A stretch of DNA of 64,000 nt from Bryobacterales bacterium (GCA_965205445.1 CBDBHC010000002.1:306463-370462), one strand, 5' to 3'. Shown: positions 47,427 through 58,105, numbered from the stretch's first letter. Translations and numbers: made by a program. The notes: generated by a model not told the origin, from the sequence alone.

Positions 47427-50400
47427 CTAGCGCAACCGCCGCCATCCCAGCCAGAACACGCCGAACAGGATTCCGAGCGCGGCAATGCCGGCGGCCGGAC
47501 GCGGATCGGCGACGCCGGGTTCCTGTCGCGGCGCCTGCTCGACAAGCCTCTTTCCTTCGACCTGCGGAGCGCTCCCGTCGCGCAGTTCGTCCCGCAGCAC
47601 CGAGACCAGTTCTGGTCGAGCCGAGGCGGCGACGCGGACTTCGACGAACCCTTCGAACGGGCGGTTGCCGGACGTGCGAGCGCTCCCCGACGCGCCGTTT
47701 CGCTCCAGGGATGCCGCGTAGTCGACAGCAAGGTTCTCCAACGTTTGTGCGTCAGGTGCCCAGAATCCCTTGCGCGCCGACTCGATCAGCACGGCGGCCA
47801 TTTCCTGGTAAGCGAAGGGATTCTCGGATTCGAACCAGTCTCGCAGGCCGATCCCGAGGGAGTCTGTCACGTAGATCTCGTGGACTCGGTCCCAGACTTC
47901 CGGGTCGACCGCCTCGGGCTTGGTGACCTGCCAGCCGAAAAGATTGGTGGCGGTTTGCGCTATCTCCACTGCACCGGAGAAGCCCTCCGCCTTGAGCTCC
48001 CTGATCCACTTGGGGTTCCAGAACTTGCCCCGAAGGCCGCGCGCGAGCGCTTCGCGAGCCGTTTCCATTCGCGCCTGTCCTGGGCTTCGGACATCGGCCA
48101 GATAGGTCTCCGGTGCCGCGCCGGTCGTGTCGCGGATCGCCATCGTCATGCCGCCCAGGTACTCGAAATAATGGTCGAGCGTCAGCGCCCCGACGACATT
48201 GGTCGAACGACTGAGCGTGACGGCATCGGTGTGCCTGAGGTGCGCCCGGTACGCTTCCGGCACGGGCCTGCCCCATTCGAAGCCCGCCGTGTATACCGCC
48301 CCGGTTCGCGCGAGGTACGCTTCCGTGAGTCCCGCGGAGGAGGTGTAGTTTCCGCTGCGCTCGATCGAAGCGACGAGACCGGTTCCGTATCCGCCGGCCG
48401 AGTTGCTGAAGACCCGCGCCCCCGCCAGGATCCGTGCGTCGGCGGCGGCCATGCCTGCCGTCTTGAGTTCGCGTTCGGTCTCGGTGACGTGCTCGGCGAC
48501 GTAGTTCTCCCCGTCCTTCGCTGTGGCGGCGAGCCGGGCAGCTCGGTCCAGCAGCTTCATCCGGTCCGGAAACGTATCGCGGAACAGCGAAGCTGCCTGG
48601 ATCACGACATCGATGCGCGGGCGGCCGAGATCTTCCGCGGGAATCAGCTCCACGTCCTCTACCACGTTGCGGTGATCCCAGACGGGACGCACGCCCATCA
48701 AGTGCATGGCATGCGCCAGATCGGTGCCGTGCTGGCGGATCAGCTCGGTGTTCCAGAGGGTGAAGCCGATCTTCCTCGGCCAGCGCCGCAGCCTCGTCCG
48801 CTCCGCATCCACCTGCTGCTCTGCAAGTGCAGTTCCGAGTTCCCACGCCGCCCGCGTCGGGATTTCGGCGGGGTTGATGCCATACAGGTTGCGGCCTGTC
48901 GGCAGGGCCTGCGGGTTGCGCACGGGATCGCCGCCCCCTCCGGGCGGAACATACCTGCCTGCGAGCGCGTCGAGGGTGTGGTCGATTTCGTCCGGCGCTC
49001 GGGCAAGAGCTTGCACGATCCGGTCGAATTCGCTGGAATGCGACCTGGCCGAGCTGGGAAGCCTGCCCCCGTTCAGTGCGCGACGCACGGCCTCGGTGGC
49101 GCGCCTTCTGGATTCGCTAGAACAATCCGGGGCTTCCATCCCCTCCGGGCACCCGAACGACTCCAGGAACCCTTTTCCCAGCATCGCGGCGACCATGGGC
49201 GCGATTTCACCGGCACCCCCCCTCTCGCCATGGACGTGCAACCCGACTGGAATGCGATCCTCCTCAATGAGATGGATGTGGCGCCCCAGGCTGTCGATTT
49301 CGCGGTCTCCGGGACTGGCCGCCTCCCAGTCCTTGCCCAAGTCACGGTCAAATCCCTGCTCGCGAGCCATCGACCGGATCTGGTCGCGGAGCCGCTCCTT
49401 GAGGGCGCCGTCCGCCGCTGACCGGAACTGTCGGATCGCCCGGTAGAGGGCCGCGACCCGTGGTTCTTCGCGGGTGATTTCCGCCGCGTCGACCGGTGGG
49501 ATCTGGTGGCTCACCGTGACGGCCGCACCGCGGCGCTTGGCGATCAGGGCCTCGCCCACGTTGTCCATGACGTAGACGTACAGATTGGGCAGCGCGCCAA
49601 TGGTCCGGTCCGACCAGTCGTCCGACAGCTGGCCCAGCGGTCTCCCGGGCAGGAATTCGTGGGTCCCGTGGGTCCCGTAGTTGACGATGGCGTCCGCTTT
49701 CCAGCCCTCTCGAAGCCACCAATAGACGGCGAGGTACTGATGCGGGGGCGGGACGCTGTCGTCGTGCTGCAGCTTTGCGTCCATATGCGCCCCGCGGACC
49801 GGCTGCGGCAGAAGGATGACATTGCCATAGTCGAGCTTCGGCACGACGAAAACCTGCTCATCACCGCTACCTAGCACCATCAGGTTTCCCGGCGGAGGCC
49901 CGAACGCAGCGACGACCTCGTTCCTCATGGATTCCGGCAATCCTGCGAACCAGCGCTTGTACCCCTCCACTGGCAGGAGCACGACACCGCTGCCCTCGGC
50001 CAGACGTCGGAGCTCTCGGGGGCGCCCGTGGCTGACGTTGCGTCCCTTTTCCAGCATTTCTTCCAGCAGCGCCTTCTCGCTTCCCGGGACCCCACCCATC
50101 TCGTAGCCCTCGCTTTGCAACGCCGACAGGAATCGCATCAGGCTCCGCGGCACGTTCAGTCCGGCCGCCGTGATGCGGCCCTTGCCGATACCGGAAACGT
50201 AGAAGACTGCAATCCTCTTCTCGGCGTTCGGCTTGATGCGGAGCCGGATCCACCTCTTCGCGCGCTCGACCAACAGTCCAATCCGCTCTTCGCGAAACGC
50301 CTCGAAGCGCCTTCCGTACCAAACCGAATCGAGACCTTCGATCAGCGTTGGCTGGATCGCCCCGTCGAGTTCCGGGACCATCGCCCCCATGATCAGTCCC

Positions 50401-51335
50401 GCGTCTCGGATCCCCGCACGGGTCTGCTGGTAGGCGTCGAACGACTCCCCCGTGAACAGGAGGGACAGGCCGCGCAGCACGGGCACGTCCAGCTTCGCGT
50501 CAAGAACCTCCACTCCCTGCTGCCCCAGCCACCACCGGCCGTGCTTGCGGGAGATGAGAATGTCCGGACGGAATTCGACGGCGAACGGACCCGCCTGGGC
50601 GGTGCCGAAGATCGAAGCCGTGTTGAAGCCTTCCCGTTCGAAAGCGCGAATCACGGCGTCGGTGCCTTGGCTCATCCCGAGCCTCCACCCGTCCGCGAAA
50701 TCGATCAGCACCTTGGGCGCGTCCTGCACGGTCCGCCCGGACGCCTCATACCACCGCTCGTATTGCTCGGTCGACGTGAACAGGGAAGGCGCGTCCGGGT
50801 GATAGTAGCCATCATCCGGAGTGGGCTCGGGCGGTTGCTCCTCGAAGTTCCCCCCGAGATACCGGGATCCTGCCGTCTGAAGCAGGCGGGTCATGTTCGT
50901 TAAACCGCCGAATCGCCAGTAGTCGTCGATCCATCGGTCCAGGCCCTCGAAGTCCGCGTTCCCGACCCCTAGGCGGGGCGCGTCATGGGCGGGCAGGACG
51001 ATCACCCGGGCACCTGCCGCCCCGGCCTCCTCCAATGCTTGCCGAACCGGCCTGCTCAGCGGGTCGGAGCGGCGGCCGCTGACGAAGATAGCCTTGTAGC
51101 GGCCGAAATCCGGCTTGCCCAGTTCGGGATCGTCCAGCTTTTCCGGACTCCAGTATGCATAGCGCACACCGCTTTCCTGCGAGCTCTCGGCTAGCAGGAA
51201 CCGGTACATGCTCGGGAATCCAAGGAACAGGATTCCAGGCCTAGACCCCACGTAGAGCGGGACCGATGCAATGGTGCCGAGCACCAGCCCGCATAGGCAC
51301 AGGGCCTTGCGTGTCTTTGGGAAGGAGAGTGGCAT
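47427..51335 (-). CDS. CobN/Mg-chelatase large-subunit family protein with N- and C-terminal hydrophobic anchors
   Basis: The product is 1302 aa. 'NYGTHGTHEFLPGRP', 'PTGRNLYGINP' and 'LDHYFEYLGGM' resemble conserved CobN blocks. The N-terminal 'ALCLCGLVLGTIASVPLYV' and C-terminal 'AAGIAALGILFGVFWLGW' look like TM segments. Confidence 0.85.
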   Translation of the reverse strand: MPLSFPKTRKALCLCGLVLGTIASVPLYVGSRPGILFLGFPSMYRFLLAESSQESGVRYAYWSPEKLDDPELGKPDFGRYKAIFVSGRRSDPLSRPVRQALEEAGAAGARVIVLPAHDAPRLGVGNADFEGLDRWIDDYWRFGGLTNMTRLLQTAGSRYLGGNFEEQPPEPTPDDGYYHPDAPSLFTSTEQYERWYEASGRTVQDAPKVLIDFADGWRLGMSQGTDAVIRAFEREGFNTASIFGTAQAGPFAVEFRPDILISRKHGRWWLGQQGVEVLDAKLDVPVLRGLSLLFTGESFDAYQQTRAGIRDAGLIMGAMVPELDGAIQPTLIEGLDSVWYGRRFEAFREERIGLLVERAKRWIRLRIKPNAEKRIAVFYVSGIGKGRITAAGLNVPRSLMRFLSALQSEGYEMGGVPGSEKALLEEMLEKGRNVSHGRPRELRRLAEGSGVVLLPVEGYKRWFAGLPESMRNEVVAAFGPPPGNLMVLGSGDEQVFVVPKLDYGNVILLPQPVRGAHMDAKLQHDDSVPPPHQYLAVYWWLREGWKADAIVNYGTHGTHEFLPGRPLGQLSDDWSDRTIGALPNLYVYVMDNVGEALIAKRRGAAVTVSHQIPPVDAAEITREEPRVAALYRAIRQFRSAADGALKERLRDQIRSMAREQGFDRDLGKDWEAASPGDREIDSLGRHIHLIEEDRIPVGLHVHGERGGAGEIAPMVAAMLGKGFLESFGCPEGMEAPDCSSESRRRATEAVRRALNGGRLPSSARSHSSEFDRIVQALARAPDEIDHTLDALAGRYVPPGGGGDPVRNPQALPTGRNLYGINPAEIPTRAAWELGTALAEQQVDAERTRLRRWPRKIGFTLWNTELIRQHGTDLAHAMHLMGVRPVWDHRNVVEDVELIPAEDLGRPRIDVVIQAASLFRDTFPDRMKLLDRAARLAATAKDGENYVAEHVTETERELKTAGMAAADARILAGARVFSNSAGGYGTGLVASIERSGNYTSSAGLTEAYLARTGAVYTAGFEWGRPVPEAYRAHLRHTDAVTLSRSTNVVGALTLDHYFEYLGGMTMAIRDTTGAAPETYLADVRSPGQARMETAREALARGLRGKFWNPKWIRELKAEGFSGAVEIAQTATNLFGWQVTKPEAVDPEVWDRVHEIYVTDSLGIGLRDWFESENPFAYQEMAAVLIESARKGFWAPDAQTLENLAVDYAASLERNGASGSARTSGNRPFEGFVEVRVAASARPELVSVLRDELRDGSAPQVEGKRLVEQAPRQEPGVADPRPAAGIAALGILFGVFWLGWRRLR

Positions 51336-51527
51336 GGGGCCCGGAACGCACTGTCCCGCCGGGATGCCGACTAGCTTCCATCTTATTCCTTCAGGCCCTT
51401 CCCAGTTGCGGCTGCTCGCCCTTGCACGCCCGCCTCGGTTCCAAGGGTCACGTGCTGCCTCGGCGCGCCCGCAAGTCCCGCCTCGGGAGAAGTTTCTTCC
51501 GACGGTGGTCGAATGCGTGCCCGGTGA

Positions 51528-53504
51528 TCAGGCTTCCGGCTCAGCGGACTGGTAGGTAAGCCCAAGGCCCAGTTCGTACAGCGGGCTCTCGGTGTCACGT
51601 GGAACGTCGGTCCGGCTGGCCTCGACCGCTGCCATCGAAGACGGCAGATCCACGGGCAGCCTACCCGTTGGAGAGAACTCCCCGAACACGGCGTCCAGCA
51701 GCACCTCGTCGTTGCATCCGAACGAGACGAGAACCGCCGAGGCGCCCCTTGCGATCTCGGGGAAGATCGCTGGCCGGTCCAGACGCACGTCGACCACTGT
51801 CGGTACGTCGCGGCAGCACGCGAGGATCCTGGCGAGACGCCTGGGCTTGAACGCAAGCGAACCTTGCGGCACAAAGTACTCGAGCACGTGCCTGCTCCAT
51901 TTGAACCGGCGTGGCGAGGCAAGTCGCAGCACCGCGATGTCGGCGAGGCCTGGTGACGAAACCACAGTTCCGTAGCGCCGGGCCACGGTCGGATCAATGC
52001 CCTCGACATACAGTGCCACGGGTCCGGAGACTGGCAGTCGCGGTCGGCTTCCGAGAGCCGGACCGGACTTGTTGCTGAGAAGAACCAGGCTCCGGCGCTG
52101 TGCCTGGACCCCCATTTCGACGAATTCGTCGGTTCCTGTCGCGGAAGCTGCAGTGTCCTCGTCCACATAGGGATTGTCGAACAGACCGAGCTCGAACTTT
52201 ACTCGCAGGATCCGACGCGCCGACTCGTCGATTCGCGACCCGGTAATGCGGCCGGCGCGAACGAGCCGTGCGATGGCTGCCGGATCGCACTCCCCGCCGA
52301 ACTGGTCCACTCCCGCCTCGATAGCCCGGGCGTACCTCTCCGGGACCTCCAAGTGCTCGACTCCCCATGCCGATGCATCCTTCAGCTTCAGGACGCCCAG
52401 CACTCGGTGTGAATCCACGGTCAGCCAGTCCGTGCAGACGACGCCATCAAATCCGAGTCGCTCGCGAAGAAGGCCAGTAACGATTTCCGGATTGAACGCC
52501 ATCGCGACTTCCGCGGTGGTCTGACCAGCCGGGATTCCGTACGACAGCATGATCTGCTGGGTGCCGGCAGCGATTGCCGTACGGAAGGGCCCGAGATGGT
52601 ATTCGAAGTGATCGCCCGGATAGAGCTGGCGTTTGCCCGTCGCGAAATGAGGGTCCAGGCCGTTGCCTGCCGGGCCGCCGCCCGGAAAGTGCTTCACCAT
52701 GGCCGCGACGCTTGACGAGCCAATCCCGGACGGCCCGCCTTGGAGCCCCCGGATGAATGCGCCGGCAAGTCTCCCCGCAAGCTCCGCGTCCTCTCCAAAC
52801 GTCGCCCCGGACCTCCCCCACCGTGGCTCCGTCGCGACATCAGCCATCGGGCCCAGAAGGGTTCGAAGGCCGATTGCGCCGAACTCGCGGCGAACGGTGT
52901 CGCCAAAGCCCTCCGCCATCTCCTCGTCAGCTGCCGCTGCGAGGCCCAATTGCGAGGGCCACTGGCTGAAGCCTTCCTGCTTGATCCCGGTCGCAGGATT
53001 GAAGCCGGCCGCATGCCGAGGGTCTGAGCTGAGGGTGATCGGAATTCCGTGCGGGGTGCGCTCGGCCATCCGCTGCAAGGAGTTATGCCAGCGCGCCACC
53101 GCTCCGGGGCCAGGAGCCGTGAGGATGTTGAAGTGCGACACATGTCGTTCGACGATCAGTTCGGTGGTTGGGCCGACGCTCAGCGGGTGGATACCATCCA
53201 CTACCGCCCCCTTGCGTCCGATCGCGATCGGCGGATGGAACAGCAGCCCGGCCTTCTCCTCGAGGGACATCCGTCCCAAGAGGTCTTCGACTCGGCCGAC
53301 CACCGGGGCGCTTGGATCCTCGTAGGGATCCATCCTCCCGTTCCCGTTGAGATCTCGGTAGCGGACGCCGCGCTCAACAAGCCGGCGAACCGGGCTCCGG
53401 GGCTCCCTCTCCCCGCCGCTAGCAGTCCTCGTCAGCACCGCATCCACTCCGATGTGTCCAAGGGAGCTAGGACAAGCGTTTCGCGACAGCCCGCACTGAA
53501 GCAT
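51528..53504 (-). CDS. Glycoside hydrolase family 3 (beta-glucosidase/BglX-like)
   Basis: 'MSLEEKAGLL', 'GIPITLSSDPRHA', 'VKHFPGGG' and 'GFDGVVCTDW' (nucleophile Asp region) are present, followed by the C-terminal GH3 domain. The start is uncertain: ATG at 53504 was chosen, while the ORF is open to 53834, where it would overlap the divergent sulfatase gene. Confidence 0.87.
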   Translation of the reverse strand: MLQCGLSRNACPSSLGHIGVDAVLTRTASGGEREPRSPVRRLVERGVRYRDLNGNGRMDPYEDPSAPVVGRVEDLLGRMSLEEKAGLLFHPPIAIGRKGAVVDGIHPLSVGPTTELIVERHVSHFNILTAPGPGAVARWHNSLQRMAERTPHGIPITLSSDPRHAAGFNPATGIKQEGFSQWPSQLGLAAAADEEMAEGFGDTVRREFGAIGLRTLLGPMADVATEPRWGRSGATFGEDAELAGRLAGAFIRGLQGGPSGIGSSSVAAMVKHFPGGGPAGNGLDPHFATGKRQLYPGDHFEYHLGPFRTAIAAGTQQIMLSYGIPAGQTTAEVAMAFNPEIVTGLLRERLGFDGVVCTDWLTVDSHRVLGVLKLKDASAWGVEHLEVPERYARAIEAGVDQFGGECDPAAIARLVRAGRITGSRIDESARRILRVKFELGLFDNPYVDEDTAASATGTDEFVEMGVQAQRRSLVLLSNKSGPALGSRPRLPVSGPVALYVEGIDPTVARRYGTVVSSPGLADIAVLRLASPRRFKWSRHVLEYFVPQGSLAFKPRRLARILACCRDVPTVVDVRLDRPAIFPEIARGASAVLVSFGCNDEVLLDAVFGEFSPTGRLPVDLPSSMAAVEASRTDVPRDTESPLYELGLGLTYQSAEPEA

Positions 53505-53610
53505 TGAGGTGCGCAGGGGGTTGCCGCGGAAGGCTGGAGGGGAAGCGTCACGACAGTTAGTTAGGCTAGAGGATTCTCGCGGGGCCATTGGAGATCGTGT
53601 CGGATCTCGA

Positions 53611-55101
53611 ATGGTCCCGCCTAACGGAAATGAGCGGATAGTCGCGGTGAAATCGGGTCCAAGCGCGTTAGCATCCTGGGCCAGGAACCTGGCAATCGTA
53701 CTGGCGTGCATCCTGGCGATTCCCGTTGGATGCGCCCTGTGGGTGGCGAGAGGCGATCCCGACGTCCGCGTCGACCAGCATCGGGAATACCTTGAAACCA
53801 TCGAACCGCGTGCCTCCGGCACGGTCCCGAACATCGTCCTTGTTCTTGCCGATGATCTGGGGCACGGCGACCTCTCGAGCTACGGTTCCGAGGCCGTTCG
53901 AACGCCTCATCTGGACGCTCTCGCCCGGGAAGGTGTCAGGCTGGTCAACTTCTATTCGGCGAGTCCGGTGTGCTCACCCTCCCGCTTCAGCTGCCTGACC
54001 GGTCGCTATCCCACTCGCGGATTCATCCATTCAGTCTTCTTCCCGTCCGGCACCCTGATGGGCTTGCTCGTGAACACGTTCAGCTTTCCTCGCGGCGTGC
54101 GAGGAATCCCGCCGGACGAGGTGACAGTTGCAGAAGCCCTCCAGGCCGGCGGCTACACGACTGCGATGTTCGGGAAGTGGCATCTGGGCGACCGCAGTCC
54201 CCATCTGCCGACCGAGAAGGGCTTCGACTACTTCTTCGGCAGCTATTGCTCAAACGACATGGAACCCTATGCCATGTACCGCAATGGGGAGGTGGCGATA
54301 GAGGCCCCGGCGGACCAGACCACGCTCACGCAGACGTTCACGAAGGAGATCCTCAGCTTCATCGACCGGAATTCCGCACGGCCCTTTTTCGTCTACTATG
54401 CCTCCCCCTTCCCGCATGAGCCTGTCCACTCCAGCGACCAGTTCGCAGGTACGTCCAAGGCCGGCTCGTACGGCGACTGTGTCGAGGAGCTCGACTGGAG
54501 CGTAGGGCAAATCCAGGCGCAGCTTTCCGAGCATGGACTGGCTCAGAACACGCTCTTGGTGTTCACCAGCGACAACGGTCCCTGGCACCAGGGATCGCCC
54601 GGGCCCCACCGGGGTCGCAAGGCCAACAGCTTCGACGGCGGACAGGCGGTACCATTCATTGCATCATGGCCCGGGACCATTCCTCCGTCGACGGAGATCG
54701 AGACGCCAGCCATGAACATCGATCTCTTTCCCACGTTCCTCAAGGCGGCCGGGATCCCGGTTCCCGAGGACCGGATCGTCGACGGTGTCGATCTGTCGCC
54801 AATGCTGCAAGGGCGGGCGCATGTGACTCCGGAACGGCGGCTCTTTTTTGCCCGCGGCGGTGGCTTCGTAGGACTCCGCAGCGCGGACAACTTCAAGTAC
54901 GTCGCCCGGCACCGCAGCGAGAACAGCGCCTACTGGATCGCGAATCACGGCCCTTTCCTGTTTGACCTTGAGCACGACCCGACAGAGTCGTACGACGTGG
55001 CGGAGCGGCTGCCCCGGGTTCGAGCGGATCTTGCCGGCGCGGTAGAGGATATGAACCGGCAGCGCGAGGAGGATCCTCGCGGATGGCGAACAGGGCGTTG
55101 A
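53611..55101 (+). CDS. Cys-type sulfatase (arylsulfatase family)
   Basis: 'PNIVLVLADDLGHGDLSSYG', the formylglycine motif 'SPVCSPSRFSCLTGRYP' and 'TAMFGKWHLG' are present. An N-terminal TM/signal 'LAIVLACILAIPVGCALW' is also present. The start at ATG 53611 is provisional. Confidence 0.9.
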   Translation: MVPPNGNERIVAVKSGPSALASWARNLAIVLACILAIPVGCALWVARGDPDVRVDQHREYLETIEPRASGTVPNIVLVLADDLGHGDLSSYGSEAVRTPHLDALAREGVRLVNFYSASPVCSPSRFSCLTGRYPTRGFIHSVFFPSGTLMGLLVNTFSFPRGVRGIPPDEVTVAEALQAGGYTTAMFGKWHLGDRSPHLPTEKGFDYFFGSYCSNDMEPYAMYRNGEVAIEAPADQTTLTQTFTKEILSFIDRNSARPFFVYYASPFPHEPVHSSDQFAGTSKAGSYGDCVEELDWSVGQIQAQLSEHGLAQNTLLVFTSDNGPWHQGSPGPHRGRKANSFDGGQAVPFIASWPGTIPPSTEIETPAMNIDLFPTFLKAAGIPVPEDRIVDGVDLSPMLQGRAHVTPERRLFFARGGGFVGLRSADNFKYVARHRSENSAYWIANHGPFLFDLEHDPTESYDVAERLPRVRADLAGAVEDMNRQREEDPRGWRTGR

Positions 55102-55166
55102 AGGCGGACGCTTCGGGGTTCCGGCCCGTTAGGTGCCCGTCCGCCTCAGAGACCTGCTAGTCGGTT

Positions 55167-56342
55167 CTAATCTGCGAGTTCTGCGAGTTCGGCTGCCAGT
55201 TTCCGCAGGCCGATGACTTCCACCTCGGCCGTTCTCGGGTATCGCGCTTCTCCTGGGTACACGACGAATGAACGTGCAGGTGACAGATCCGCAATTGCGT
55301 GGTGGAATCCCTTGGTCAACGACGGCGCCATGCTGCGCTTCACCTCGATTGCCCAGCGCTTGCCGTCCGGCAGGTCGAGAATCAGGTCGGCCTCGGCCCC
55401 AGCCACCGTCCTGTAGAAGCTCGCAAGAGTCCGGTCTGGCGCGGCAGCTAGCAGGTTCTCGATCACGAATCCCTCCCAGCTCTGTCCCACGACCGGGTGA
55501 CCGGCTAGGGTCTCGAAGTCGCTGATGGAGAGCAGCGAATGGACTAGGCCGCTGTCGCGCACGTACACCTTGGGCGACTTGACGAGACGCTTTCCCACGT
55601 TTGCGAGCAGAGGAGGAAGCCGCCGAACGAGTAACAGCCCGACGAGCACATCCACGTAGCGGGTAATGGTTTGGGGGCTGGTTCCGAGAGCGCTCGCGAG
55701 CCGGGACGCATTTAGGATGCCGCCCTGACGATGGGCCAGCATCGTCCAGAGCCGCTCGACGGCCGCCGGCGGCAAGCGGGGCCCGAACAGTGCGACGTCA
55801 CGCTCCAGGTACGTCCGGATGAAGTGCCGCCTGATCTTCGAACTGGTTGCGCTGTTCCGCGCGAGGAGGCTTTCCGGGTATCCGCCCCGAACCCAGAGCT
55901 CCACCAGGGTGTCAGTTCCCGGGTTCAGCTCGAGAACATCCAGCGGACCCATCTCGACATAGGCGATCCGTCCGGCGAGGCTCTCGCCGGACTGGCGCAG
56001 CAGATCGACGGAGGCCGATCCGAGGACGAGAAACCGTCCCGTCCCGCGTCCCGTTCGGCGGCCCCGATCCACGATTCCACGCAGATCGCCAAACAGATCC
56101 GGAATGCGATGGATCTCATCCAGGATGACCAGGCGGTCCTCGTATCGTTCGAGGAAGATCTTCGGGTCCTCTAGCTTCTTCCGGTCAGTGCGGTCCTCAA
56201 GGTCCAGGTAAAGGGCGTTCGATTCGTCGGCGATCTCGCATGCGAGGGTGGTCTTTCCAACCTGGCGGGGCCCAATGATCGCGACCGTGGCTTGGAACGA
56301 GAGTGCTTCCAAGACCACTTCCTTTGCCCTTCGGGCAATCAT
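55167..56342 (-). CDS. AAA-type ATP-binding protein with a DUF4143-like C-terminal region (COG1373-like)
   Basis: The Walker A is 'IIGPRQVGKTTL' and the Walker B is 'LVILDEIHR'. The region 'ASRLASALGTSPQTITRYVDVL' is HTH-like. The C-terminal 'AEADLILD...WAIEVK' is restriction-endonuclease-like. Confidence 0.85.
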   Translation of the reverse strand: MIARRAKEVVLEALSFQATVAIIGPRQVGKTTLACEIADESNALYLDLEDRTDRKKLEDPKIFLERYEDRLVILDEIHRIPDLFGDLRGIVDRGRRTGRGTGRFLVLGSASVDLLRQSGESLAGRIAYVEMGPLDVLELNPGTDTLVELWVRGGYPESLLARNSATSSKIRRHFIRTYLERDVALFGPRLPPAAVERLWTMLAHRQGGILNASRLASALGTSPQTITRYVDVLVGLLLVRRLPPLLANVGKRLVKSPKVYVRDSGLVHSLLSISDFETLAGHPVVGQSWEGFVIENLLAAAPDRTLASFYRTVAGAEADLILDLPDGKRWAIEVKRSMAPSLTKGFHHAIADLSPARSFVVYPGEARYPRTAEVEVIGLRKLAAELAELAD

Positions 56343-56611
56343 CCTTGTATTTTATCTATATTATGGACAATATACAAGGATAAACAATGAGAGATACGTG
56401 CGGAGCCGAGTTCTCGGGATCCATGAGGGCTCGACATTCGAACCGCGTTACAGGGTCGAGCAGCAGCAAAGGGGTGCGAGCCGCCCGCCACTTCTCTCTG
56501 CAGGCCCAGGTCGCGGACCGTGCTTCCGGCATTTCGTCGTCTTTGGCGAGACCTGGGGGCGCAGCCATTCACCAGGCGAGGCTGGCTCATGCTGGACCTA
56601 GCGACGGGACC

Positions 56612-58099
56612 ATGCTGCGATTCCCACGCATCGAACAGGCTTGCGGGACCGGCGCCGGCCGGGGTTGGAGCGGGTACAATCACGCCGTGCGTTGGACCGC
56701 AAATTCGGCCCTGCTGCTGGTCTTGATGGTGGCGATCCCTTCGGCTGCTTACGCGATGCCGAATTTCGTTTTCATTCTGGTCGACGACCTGGGGTGGTCC
56801 GATCTCGGTGTCTATGGCTCTGATCTTCACGAGACGCCCCGGATTGACGAGTTTGCTGCGGGTGCCCTTAGATTCACGAATGCGTACGCCGCCTCGCCTG
56901 TCTGCAGTCCCACACGGGCGTCGATCCTGACGGGCAAGCACCCGGCGAAGCTGCGCATGACGGTCTGGCGGGAAGCCGCCAGGAACCCCCCGCTGCAACG
57001 CAGGCTCCTGCCTCCCGTCACTGCAGACAGCCTTCCCCACGAAGAAGTGACGGTCGCAGAGGTGCTGCGGGGGGCTGGCTACGTCACTGCGCACGTCGGG
57101 AAATGGCACCTGGGCACTGCGGAGTACTATCCCCAGACCCAAGGATTCGACTACAACGTTGGCGGGACTCTATGGGGTGCTCCCCAGACGTTCTTCTTTC
57201 CTTACAGCGGCTCTCGCCCGTTCTCCGGGCTGCGCTACGTTCCGCATCTCGGGGGTGGCGATGAAGGCGAGTACCTCACGGACCGGCTGACGACCGAGGC
57301 CATCCGAATCCTGCGACGCGAGCGCGGAAGGCCGTTCTTCCTGCATCTGGCCTTCCACACAGTTCACACGCCGATCGAGGGAAAGCCGGCGGTTGCTGAG
57401 CGCTACCGTGCGAGGATTCGCGCTGATACGAGGCACCGCAACCCGAACCTCGCCGCCATGGTGCATTCGCTGGACGAGAACGTCGGCCGAGTGCTGGACG
57501 CTCTTGAGGACCTGGAGGTCGCGGACAACACGGTTGTCTTCCTGACCTCCGACAACGGCGGCTATGTCAACAAGTATGACGGTCTGCAGGTTACCGACAA
57601 CTCTCCGCTGAGGTCGGGGAAGGGCTCGCTGTACGAAGGCGGTATCCGAGTCCCGGCGATGATTCGTTGGCCGGGAGTCACGGTGCCGGGGGCAGTCTTG
57701 GACACTCCGGTCAGCAGCGTCGACTACTACCGCACGATTCTCTCCATCGCGGGTCTCGAGGGAGACCGGGACCATAACAGGAATGTGGACGGCATCGACC
57801 TGACTCCGTTGCTTCGGGACAACGAGCATGTGCCCGACCGGGCCGCGCTCTTCTTCCACTACCCGCACTACTACGCCACGACATCTCCCGTCAGCGCCGT
57901 CAGAGCGGGGGATTGGAAGCTGTTGCGGTATTACGAGGACTCCCGATTGGAGCTCTATGACCTCGGGGAAGACATCGGGGAGCGCCGGATCCGGTCCACG
58001 GAGCGGCCACGGATCGCGGCGGCAATGCTGGAACGCCTGGAAGCCTGGCTGGGCCGGGTGGATGCCCAGCATCCCTCGCTTCATGCGGGCGGCGAGTAG
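56612..58099 (+). CDS. Cys-type sulfatase
   Basis: 'PNFVFILVDDLGWSDLGVYG', the FGly motif 'SPVCSPTRASILTGKHP', 'TAHVGKWHLG' and 'FLTSDNGG' are present. The start is provisional (ATG at 56612; a GTG further in is possible). Confidence 0.9.
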   Translation: MLRFPRIEQACGTGAGRGWSGYNHAVRWTANSALLLVLMVAIPSAAYAMPNFVFILVDDLGWSDLGVYGSDLHETPRIDEFAAGALRFTNAYAASPVCSPTRASILTGKHPAKLRMTVWREAARNPPLQRRLLPPVTADSLPHEEVTVAEVLRGAGYVTAHVGKWHLGTAEYYPQTQGFDYNVGGTLWGAPQTFFFPYSGSRPFSGLRYVPHLGGGDEGEYLTDRLTTEAIRILRRERGRPFFLHLAFHTVHTPIEGKPAVAERYRARIRADTRHRNPNLAAMVHSLDENVGRVLDALEDLEVADNTVVFLTSDNGGYVNKYDGLQVTDNSPLRSGKGSLYEGGIRVPAMIRWPGVTVPGAVLDTPVSSVDYYRTILSIAGLEGDRDHNRNVDGIDLTPLLRDNEHVPDRAALFFHYPHYYATTSPVSAVRAGDWKLLRYYEDSRLELYDLGEDIGERRIRSTERPRIAAAMLERLEAWLGRVDAQHPSLHAGGE

Positions 58100-58105
58100 C
58101 GGGGT

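Noticed and set aside
53505-53834. Upstream extensions of the GH3 ORF (to 53834) and of the sulfatase ORF (from 53509).
   Set aside because: The two extensions overlap each other on opposite strands and lack family-like sequence. Internal ATGs (53504 and 53611) give typical protein N-termini. Both starts remain provisional.
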